Virus record (IMG/VR): IMGVR_UViG_3300010224_000001
Span: 224,001 to 288,000 of that record
Origin: a virus
Direction: 5' to 3' (one strand)
DNA: 64,000 nt
Shown here: positions 9,871-16,855 of the stretch, piece by piece
Numbering within the stretch: the stretch's first letter is position 1
Layout of the letters: each line of letters opens with the position of its first letter
Position numbers and translations under genes: made by a program
The notes under the pieces: generated by a model
The model's database searches: none
The model's input: the letters and a program-made list of their open reading frames with translations, nothing else
What the model was told of the DNA's origin: nothing

Positions 9871-10008
9871 TGGTCGGGCGTTCTTGGAATCGAACCAAGG
9901 ACCTTCGTCTTGTGGTGAGGTTCCCCTCTGGCCGATCGCCTAAGCGGTCGCATCCGCCGAAGCGAATGGAATATTGGACGATGCTCTACCGAACTGAGCT
10001 AAACCCCG
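9871..10008 (-). ncRNA. tRNA-scaffold RNA 1 (67-nt three-hairpin cargo in anticodon loop)
   Basis: acceptor CGGGGTT/AAC(G)CCCG, D arm GCTC/GAGC, stem TCGTC/GACGA around 9910-9976, T arm, ACCA. Confidence 0.85.
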
Positions 10009-10016
10009 TAAGTCTT

Positions 10017-10691
10017 TCAACCTTTTGCTACTAGTGTAAACTCAACAGGTTTGCCATCTGGTAAGAATACACTCTCAGCGTAGGTGAACATGTAAAACTT
10101 GTCAGCAGGATCCCATTTCTCATCATCCATTTTGTACATTGCAAACACTAACTCGTGAGTAATGTGTAAACAACGATTGGCTAACTTGGAGAACTCAGCA
10201 CTGACAATGATGTTACCGTAGGAGTAAGTAGTACCTTTATCCCACGAGAACGACATTGGCTTTTCTGGAGCATAACTCCATTTATCACCAGGCTTGGCTT
10301 TCTTGTATCGTTCAGTTATACCAGCGTCTTGCTGACCTGGATTAATTTTGAAACCACGATACAGCAATGGATGATTCGGAGGACGTTGAATCGATTCAAA
10401 GACTTTTTTAGCTTCTCGAAGTTTATCTAAGAGACTGTAATCAGTAACAGACACCCACTGATCAACAGCTTGAAGAAGTTCTTTGTGCTGCAACATCTTT
10501 TCAACGATCTTCATGTCTACATCTTCTTTCTGGAATGCCAGTTGAGGCGTGTATCCAAAAAGTTTTATTAAGCGCATCAGAATTTTCTTCTTCCACTCAG
10601 CTTCTTTGTAGACTTCGTTGAAGTTTGCTTCTTTCTCTAGACTGACAGAATTATCTGTAATCCAGTCTATATAAACAGGTTTAGTCGTCAT
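10017..10691 (-). CDS. putative ADP-ribosyltransferase-fold protein
   Basis: R-S-E type signature: LLYRG, MSFSW, YAESV. Confidence 0.45.
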   Translation of the reverse strand: MTTKPVYIDWITDNSVSLEKEANFNEVYKEAEWKKKILMRLIKLFGYTPQLAFQKEDVDMKIVEKMLQHKELLQAVDQWVSVTDYSLLDKLREAKKVFESIQRPPNHPLLYRGFKINPGQQDAGITERYKKAKPGDKWSYAPEKPMSFSWDKGTTYSYGNIIVSAEFSKLANRCLHITHELVFAMYKMDDEKWDPADKFYMFTYAESVFLPDGKPVEFTLVAKG

Positions 10692-10752
10692 GGTTTACCG
10701 TTACAAATGAGGGTGATAATCATAGTAATTGGTGAGACTAAACCTGTTGAAT

Positions 10753-10917
10753 TGGTGGGACGTTCCTAGATTTGAACTAGGGACCTCGATCTAGTTTAGA
10801 TGGAACCTGATTAGGGTTCTGCCTTTAACCACTCGGCCATACCTCCTAACGGAGATAGAGGGATTCGAACCCTCGGATCTTTGGTTGATCGCGCTCTAAC
10901 CGCTGAGCTAAACTCCC
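10753..10917 (-). ncRNA. tRNA-scaffold RNA 2 (permuted Ser-like tRNA nested via its variable arm)
   Basis: outer GGGAGTT/AAC(G)TCCC-ACCA; insert 10792-10886 has T arm, GTTA-closed acceptor, D arm, anticodon arm. Confidence 0.9.
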
Positions 10918-10938
10918 GGATACTTCTACTACAATGTT

Positions 10939-11110
10939 TGGTGGAGCGATGCAAGATTCGAACTTGCGACCTCTGTCTAAGCTTTGACTAGCAGGATTGT
11001 GCTCTAACCATCTGAGCTACTAACGGACGTTGACACCCGTTAGATCGGACTTGAACCGATGACCCCAATCGTGAATAAGACAGCGTTCTACCTGACTGAA
11101 CTAATCCCCC
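10939..11110 (-). ncRNA. tRNA-scaffold RNA 3 (permuted tRNA nested anticodon-to-anticodon)
   Basis: outer GGGGGAT/ATC(G)CTCC-ACCA; insert 10978-11078 has T arm, closed acceptor CTAACGG/CCGTTAG, D arm. Confidence 0.9.
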
Positions 11111-11128
11111 ATGTACTACTTTGAAACT

Positions 11129-11288
11129 TGGTGGAGCGATCTAGGAATCGAACCTAGGACCTCTGCCTGAGTCGAATGCTCTACCAGCTGAGCTACCGAT
11201 AAGTAACGAAGTGTTACCTACCGAGCGGGACTCGAACCCGCGACCCGTCGATTAGAATGGCAGCGCTCTATCACTGAGCTAATCCCCC
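11129..11288 (-). ncRNA. tRNA-scaffold RNA 4 (permuted tRNA nested anticodon-to-anticodon)
   Basis: outer GGGGGAT/ATC(G)CTCC-ACCA; insert 11168-11258 has T arm, 12-bp closed acceptor, D arm. Confidence 0.9.
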
Positions 11289-11307
11289 GCAAACTGCTTT
11301 GTGAAAC

Positions 11308-11437
11308 TGGTAGGGCGCTTCTGGATTTTAACCAGAGACCTCCGTCTAGTTAACCAATAACCACACCCCCGTTGGGAGGTACGGCTGGACTTGAACCAGC
11401 GATTTGACGGCGCTCTAACAGGCTGAGCTAAGCCCCT
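11308..11437 (-). ncRNA. tRNA-scaffold RNA 5 (minimal T-acceptor-D module nested)
   Basis: outer AGGGGCT/AGC(G)CCCT-ACCA; insert 11347-11405. Confidence 0.85.
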
Positions 11438-11446
11438 AATGAAACT

Positions 11447-11617
11447 TTACTTAAGAACACACATTAAAGTGATGCTCTGCTTTTTATCACTGTTAGCAAT
11501 CTTCGCATTCTTAGTAGCTTCGATGCATTGCTCCCAGCTTTGCATCGGAAACTCTTTCTGATCTATACTCCAACCATCGGAATGGATCCAGATAAGAAAT
11601 ACTGCTAATGCCTTCAT
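11447..11617 (-). CDS. small hypothetical protein (56 aa)
   Basis: MKALAVFLIWIH...WEQCIEA...LMCVLK read by hand; not in the supplied ORF track. Confidence 0.5.
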   Translation of the reverse strand: MKALAVFLIWIHSDGWSIDQKEFPMQSWEQCIEATKNAKIANSDKKQSITLMCVLK

Positions 11618-11638
11618 GTCAATGATCTTTCTATTCGT

Positions 11639-11894
11639 TAGTGGAGAGATTGCGGGAGTTCAACCCGCGACTTTGATGGAACCCTAAAGCTGCAGCACTT
11701 GGTTTAGTTAAAGGTGAGTTACGATAATTTACCGCACTTGACCACCCAAAGCTTATGCATAAAACCCAAACTGTAAGAAAACCATGAAAGAAAACTTACA
11801 GAGGTTTTATAGAAGGTAACCTACAAACTTTAGAAGTATAATCTGCACCGAAGCCTTCCGCCAAGAAGGAGTCTTGCTTCTCGACTATCTCTCC
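11639..11894 (-). ncRNA. 256-nt tRNA-like RNA with 183-nt variable arm
   Basis: GGAGAGA/TCTCTCC-ACTA, D arm GTC/GAC, CCTTC/GAAGG arm, T arm GCGGG-TTGAACT-CCCGC. Confidence 0.75.
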
Positions 11895-11912
11895 CAAGAG
11901 AACTTAATCTCT

Positions 11913-11940
11913 TGCACATTATGGGAAGTACGTGTAATTT
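11913..11940 (-). promoter_or_regulatory. putative promoter of the tRNA-like RNA cluster
   Basis: AAATTAC-N9-CCATAATGTGCA; TTAC-N9-CCATAATGTGCA recurs at 33166-33190. Confidence 0.55.
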
Positions 11941-11947
11941 TTTACTT

Positions 11948-12403
11948 TTAGACAACTATTTGACCGATAGCGATCCGTTGCTTGGTCTTAGCTAAACGAG
12001 GTCCAAAGTGGTTGAGCCATTTTACAGTAGCTATGCGAAGGTGACGTGTTCGGCATTCTTCGTTATACTCACCTTTAAAAGCTGCTTCTTGGTAAGTATT
12101 ACGAATAGTCCAAACGTTGTGTTTCCACACCTCCACAGTAAAGCTACCGAGCTGACTTAACTCAAGAGCAAGTTCATACGAGCACTCGAAAGCAATATAG
12201 AAACCGTAAGGATGACCTTCACAAGAGAAACGGGTTTTAGCACCGAGTTCTTCTAGTGCCAAGATGAAGAAATTCACACCTGGTTCCAGCGTTGAAACTG
12301 GATATGTAATCTCTACACTTTCAAAGCCGCGCTCAAGCTTAAGTTTACAAGCTTGATCCCAGGGATGTTCTGACATAATCGCCGGACCATTAATGAATGA
12401 CAT
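11948..12403 (-). CDS. hypothetical protein with TYW3-like T..SC.GH motif
   Basis: LEPGVNFFILALEELGAKTRFSCEGH. Confidence 0.45.
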   Translation of the reverse strand: MSFINGPAIMSEHPWDQACKLKLERGFESVEITYPVSTLEPGVNFFILALEELGAKTRFSCEGHPYGFYIAFECSYELALELSQLGSFTVEVWKHNVWTIRNTYQEAAFKGEYNEECRTRHLRIATVKWLNHFGPRLAKTKQRIAIGQIVV

Positions 12404-12816
12404 TATTTCACCTTGACTTTATCGAAACACTCATGAAGATCCTGGGAAGAACGACCACTTTCCCAATCGATGATAAGCCAGCGTTCACCATTACGATGTT
12501 CTCGGATATATTTCTCCACTACTTTACCAGGCGTATTGATCGCGGAGATAAGTTCCAGACCTTCGCAGATTTTTTCATACGGCATCTGGGACAATGGTTT
12601 GCCTGAATAGTCGGTTGTTTCAACCACGACGATATCTGCGCAATCGCCTTCGTTATGGCGTGTCCACTTACCGTTATCCCAATCTACGTGAATCTCTTTA
12701 GCTTGAGTAGTAAAGCGAACAATGCCTTCTTCTTTCTCTGCATTGGCTACTCGTAAATCGGTCGTGATTTGAGCGATAGGGATTTCCGACAATTTCTTAC
12801 CTACAAGTTGTTCCAT
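12403..12816 (-). CDS. hypothetical protein
   Basis: 137 aa ORF. Confidence 0.6.
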   Translation of the reverse strand: MEQLVGKKLSEIPIAQITTDLRVANAEKEEGIVRFTTQAKEIHVDWDNGKWTRHNEGDCADIVVVETTDYSGKPLSQMPYEKICEGLELISAINTPGKVVEKYIREHRNGERWLIIDWESGRSSQDLHECFDKVKVK

Positions 12817-13118
12817 TTTTTCTTCTCTCTTATAAAGGCAACAGTGTTTTGAGTTTTTGATATAGGAATGGATTGCTACGGCAAGCTATGTTAATCGCTC
12901 GTGCTGCATCTTGTTCATTCATTTGACTCAGCAGTTGGGACAATTGGTTGAACTGTTGTTCTTCTGTTGAGGGGATTAATTCGTTACTTGCCATGTTCTA
13001 TTCCCGGTTGGAATGATGAACGATAAAGCTCGTTCGTTTTCAGATCTACATTAACACAAAAAAACTAGATTACGAACATAAAAAAACAGAGAGACCTTTC
13101 AGTCTCTCTGTATTGTTT

Positions 13119-13445
13119 TTAATGCCAATAGTTCAGATGGGGATTCTTACGCACCATCACTTCATAGTCGCTGTCTTTCTTATAGCGAGCCAGTTCATGA
13201 CGAATCCGGGCACGGTGAATCTGATGCTGGAGTTGACGGCTTTCATGAGGATAGATGTTACAGTAACGACTATCTTGATAACGGTCGCTATGGTAATGTG
13301 CAATTGCTTTCGCTTTGGCTTTACCCTCATGACGAACTTCTTTCAAATACTTACCGCCGTATTTGCTTTCAACGTAAATCCAGTCAAACATACGCCAGAC
13401 AGTGTTTCGGTTATACCCATTCTTCCTACGAATTGTTCTACTCAC
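13119..13445 (-). CDS. basic MSRT-family hypothetical protein
   Basis: paralog of 13735-14064 and 20222-20542. Confidence 0.7.
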   Translation of the reverse strand: MSRTIRRKNGYNRNTVWRMFDWIYVESKYGGKYLKEVRHEGKAKAKAIAHYHSDRYQDSRYCNIYPHESRQLQHQIHRARIRHELARYKKDSDYEVMVRKNPHLNYWH

Positions 13446-13508
13446 TTTAATCTCCAGATAGTAATACCACCTACCTGGAGTTTGTGAAATGCGAAGTGAT
13501 GAACATGG

Positions 13509-13724
13509 TTAATAGACGCGTTTACGACGAATACGAAGCGGATGCATCTGAACCAGATGCGCTGCCAGGATAGACCAGGCGCCAACCATCAACCAACCCA
13601 CCATGGCGATGTTGAAGGCGCCGCTCGAACCCTGATCCATTAAAGCCGGGCTAGTGATGAAACCGTGAACGAGGATTGCGATAACGGAAGCTACGAGATT
13701 TACGATATATTTCATTTTTATCAC
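13509..13724 (-). CDS. small membrane protein
   Basis: two TM-like segments. Confidence 0.55.
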   Translation of the reverse strand: MIKMKYIVNLVASVIAILVHGFITSPALMDQGSSGAFNIAMVGWLMVGAWSILAAHLVQMHPLRIRRKRVY

Positions 13725-13734
13725 CTTTTAAAAG

Positions 13735-14064
13735 TTAATCCCAATAATCCCAACGTGGTTGTGCGCGAAGCATAATCACGTACTCAGAGTTATGACGATA
13801 GTTGGCCAGAGCAGTTCTTGCTTTGACACGATGCCTGCGATGATCTACGTTACGATACACCCAAGGGGTATTACCAATATGACAACGAGCAAAACGGTCG
13901 CTATGAAATTCAGCCAGTCTGCGCTTGAATTCTTTACCCTCGCATTTTACACGTACGTAGTATTTCCCACCGTATTTACTTTGACGCCATTCACTATTTT
14001 CCATCCACATATCAAACCAAGGATTAAGTTTGACTGCATTTTTCCTGCGAAAGGTTCTGCTCAT
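13735..14064 (-). CDS. basic MSRT-family hypothetical protein
   Basis: MSRTFRRKN, SKYGGKY, FHSD, C-terminal YW. Confidence 0.7.
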   Translation of the reverse strand: MSRTFRRKNAVKLNPWFDMWMENSEWRQSKYGGKYYVRVKCEGKEFKRRLAEFHSDRFARCHIGNTPWVYRNVDHRRHRVKARTALANYRHNSEYVIMLRAQPRWDYWD

Positions 14065-14126
14065 TATGTTCTCCGATTAAAGGGGCTAATCGGGAACAAG
14101 TAAAGTGATGTACGATGAACATGTGT

Positions 14127-14330
14127 TTATTTCAGAGAAAGAGTAATCGGACTAACGCTAAAAACAGAACGCAGAGTTTCTATCCATTGCTTAGCGTCAG
14201 CATCAGACAGCGGTTTAAAGCCTTTCAATTCTTCCGCGGTAAAAGTCATCTTTGGATTCTTGATGCGTGTTCCTACACGCTTACCATTAATGATGATTGG
14301 TTCATAAGTTGTTTCTTTTGATTCACTCAT
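14127..14330 (-). CDS. hypothetical protein
   Basis: 67 aa, coupled by ATGA overlap. Confidence 0.55.
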   Translation of the reverse strand: MSESKETTYEPIIINGKRVGTRIKNPKMTFTAEELKGFKPLSDADAKQWIETLRSVFSVSPITLSLK

Positions 14331-14686
14331 AAGCCAAGTCTTTCACATAATCGAGCAAACCAGCTTTTAGGAGCTACTGCTCTGGGAGATTGGTCCAGTA
14401 ATGATTCATACCGAGGTGAAGGTCGGAGAGCCATGGCAGAACTTTCACCTACAACAACCCAACCAAGATGAAAATGGTAGTTTGTTATTACACCTTTTCT
14501 CTGCCATTTAATGGTGTAATAGACCGTCCGACTAGGATCGTCTTTAACAGGTGAACGAACACTCTTAATGGACAAGAGAACGCCGAGATCGCCATCACTA
14601 TCAACCGCCTTTAAACCTACCGCTTCGTCTTCAGGTACACCGATTAAGCGGTAACCTTTGTACTTTTCTTGGTTGGGGTTTCGCAT
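14327..14686 (-). CDS. hypothetical protein
   Basis: 119 aa ORF. Confidence 0.55.
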   Translation of the reverse strand: MRNPNQEKYKGYRLIGVPEDEAVGLKAVDSDGDLGVLLSIKSVRSPVKDDPSRTVYYTIKWQRKGVITNYHFHLGWVVVGESSAMALRPSPRYESLLDQSPRAVAPKSWFARLCERLGL

Positions 14687-14789
14687 TGTTTGTTCGGCTT
14701 AGAAGGAGGTTGTTGTGATGTTGGCTTATTCGGTTTCTTCTTGATGTTACCCATTGCAACACAATGAGAACATTTGTCAGTGCAATTAC

Positions 14790-15302
14790 TCACAGCTTAA
14801 CCTTCTTAAGAATGTCACTCACAAAAGCACAAAGATCAGATAGACGCACTGAAGTATAGATCGTTTCACTTACCATTTTCTTAGGACGATCTTCCGAAAA
14901 GATAATGGTATCCATCGCTTCTTCAATATCGGTTTCTGAGATTTCATTGGAAACCAAATACTCACTACTCGGCGTATCCAAATGCTTAATAGTGAGTTCT
15001 GCGTATTTAACAGGATCAGAAATACCTCCTGCAATACGTTTGAATGCAAACAAAGCAAAACGACGACATTGATCTAATACCTTGATCTTCTGTTCATCCG
15101 TTAAGCCTTCTGGAAGAAGCTCGCCCAAACTGTTACGCTTGGTACGTTCTCGTACACGACCTCCATGCCATGCTTTCCAGGCCCAGAGCGCGGCTGGAGA
15201 ATCCCAGTTAGGCTCAGAGACACACATGCTGCGGATATCGTCTTGGAACAATTTATAATCTGGGTGATTTGCAGGAATAGACTCCGTTTGCGCTTCAATC
15301 AT
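14790..15302 (-). CDS. hypothetical protein
   Basis: 170 aa ORF. Confidence 0.6.
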   Translation of the reverse strand: MIEAQTESIPANHPDYKLFQDDIRSMCVSEPNWDSPAALWAWKAWHGGRVRERTKRNSLGELLPEGLTDEQKIKVLDQCRRFALFAFKRIAGGISDPVKYAELTIKHLDTPSSEYLVSNEISETDIEEAMDTIIFSEDRPKKMVSETIYTSVRLSDLCAFVSDILKKVKL

Positions 15303-15326
15303 TTTGGAATTCTCGCCTCGTTGTTA

Positions 15327-15695
15327 TTAATGTAGGATGGTGTTCTTTTTGATTTCTACAAAGTCAACCGGTTTACCTTTATCCATTACCAGGATAAAAG
15401 CATGGCGGTTCGTACTGATCGGATCTTTGGGATCAGAACCAGCCGGACCGTAAGCGATAGTCAAGAGATGTCCATAGTACTCTTGACCCATCTCAAACTT
15501 ATACTCGGCCAAACCAAACAACATAGACGAGTAGCCAAACTTGTCGGAACCGAACGCATCGTAGTATGCCTTACTAAGCGGCACGACTAGCTCATCATAC
15601 TTAGCAGCGATCTCTGGATTATTGATACAGAGCTTAGCAATAAACTCCGACACCTTATCGAGATCATTCCTTACTTCAATTATGTCAGTAAACAT
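15327..15695 (-). CDS. hypothetical protein
   Basis: 122 aa ORF, AAGGA SD. Confidence 0.65.
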   Translation of the reverse strand: MFTDIIEVRNDLDKVSEFIAKLCINNPEIAAKYDELVVPLSKAYYDAFGSDKFGYSSMLFGLAEYKFEMGQEYYGHLLTIAYGPAGSDPKDPISTNRHAFILVMDKGKPVDFVEIKKNTILH

Positions 15696-15722
15696 TGCGA
15701 TGATTTCCTTTATAATTGATTA

Positions 15723-16406
15723 TTAGTCTAAACTATTGGTGATAACTTCCTCACCTTGACTAAATGCTTTATTCGCCATGTCAACCAAAAACTGAGGATC
15801 GTATTTAGTAGCTGGCAATATCGAAGGTTCTGAAGTATTGAAATCAATAGTTCGTATATCGCCACCAACCCCTACTTCGACACCCTCCACCATTACCATG
15901 TTGATAATAAGCGGTGCTGTAATATTGGGAATCAGACGATTAATCCATTGCGCAGCCACCTGACCAGAACCAATCGCAATGAAGTCTTTCTTTTCGTATT
16001 CCTTTACGATGAGTTTACCTTTCTTGGGAATACGAATCGTGTAATTCTTGTTCTCGCAAACAAGCAACATTGTGCAAGTGGTTTTATTTTCTTCAAAGGT
16101 GCCAAGAATCGAACGATAGTTTTCATAAACCTCTTCGATATTCTTACCGTAACGAATTATGCTACGCATGTTAGCAATAATACTGGTTTCACCAGCTGCA
16201 GCGAAAGCCAAGATCTTGTCACCGCGAAAACTAGGCTTGTGCTTACTGCGCATCAGAACTAATTTATCAGTAGCGTCCCGCACTACACTAGCTGGTTTAG
16301 AGCAATGACCGCAAGTATAAGGTTCGCCTCCTACCTCAGGAGGTATGCTGCGAGTACTACGACTGTCGCCAGCTAACACGTTGTCTTTGAATACGATGAG
16401 CGTCAT
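15723..16406 (-). CDS. Ntn-hydrolase (HslV/proteasome-beta-like) protease
   Basis: N-terminal Thr (MTLIV), AGDSR, AIGSG, GVGG. Confidence 0.7.
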   Translation of the reverse strand: MTLIVFKDNVLAGDSRSTRSIPPEVGGEPYTCGHCSKPASVVRDATDKLVLMRSKHKPSFRGDKILAFAAAGETSIIANMRSIIRYGKNIEEVYENYRSILGTFEENKTTCTMLLVCENKNYTIRIPKKGKLIVKEYEKKDFIAIGSGQVAAQWINRLIPNITAPLIINMVMVEGVEVGVGGDIRTIDFNTSEPSILPATKYDPQFLVDMANKAFSQGEEVITNSLD

Positions 16407-16452
16407 GGTTGGAAACCTTTTTTAATTGATTATTTGGTCTAACTTCAGCAGA

Positions 16453-16478
16453 ATGATATATATCTGAGATTTTCTACA
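16453..16478 (-). promoter_or_regulatory. phiKZ-type early promoter
   Basis: TGTAGAA-N11-TATATCAT. Confidence 0.55.
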
Positions 16479-16522
16479 TCCATAAAAGACAGAGGGACAT
16501 TCCCTCGCTTTATGACGTCTAC

Positions 16523-16843
16523 TTACATTACGGTCATACTGTTGATTTTGTATATTGTCCAGTTATCTGCATCTTCACGACGGAGCATAATAACAGCCGC
16601 ATCAGGACGAAACCAATTAATACTGCGAAACTTTTCAATGAGATCTGAGCCATCTGCAGCTTGATTGACAGAAACAGTAAATACACCATTGACCGTGGTG
16701 CTTTCAAGTTCGGGTTTAGTTCCAGGCCATTCTTCTAACAGCCAATCTCTAAACTTTGCTACACCGGTTTGAGTCTCACCGACGGCTACATATTCAGTGT
16801 CGTCAAAACTCACCATGAGTACAACGTCAGTATAACAAGACAT
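16523..16843 (-). CDS. hypothetical protein
   Basis: shares FRSI.W..P with 21178-21501. Confidence 0.65.
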   Translation of the reverse strand: MSCYTDVVLMVSFDDTEYVAVGETQTGVAKFRDWLLEEWPGTKPELESTTVNGVFTVSVNQAADGSDLIEKFRSINWFRPDAAVIMLRREDADNWTIYKINSMTVM

Positions 16844-16855
16844 GTCTGCTCCTTT

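Noticed and set aside
8497-9953. N-terminal extensions of ORFs 8035-8634 and 9603-9953, and ORF 9393-9593
   Set aside because: They run through tRNA or tRNA-like genes; better starts with SD sequences lie downstream for the first two
9871-11437. Group I or archaeal BHB introns in tRNA anticodon loops
   Set aside because: Inserts are only 59-101 nt, show no group I core and no consistent bulge-helix-bulge; no shared splice points restoring a 7-nt loop could be seen
10753-11437. Assembly chimera or decayed tRNA pseudogenes
   Set aside because: Units differ in sequence, stems are intact, all share the same bulged G, and compensatory pairs are visible; read-level confirmation is still advisable
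11639-11894. tmRNA
   Set aside because: T arm is tmRNA-like, but there is no G3:U70, a D stem and anticodon-like arm are present, and no tag ORF is evident
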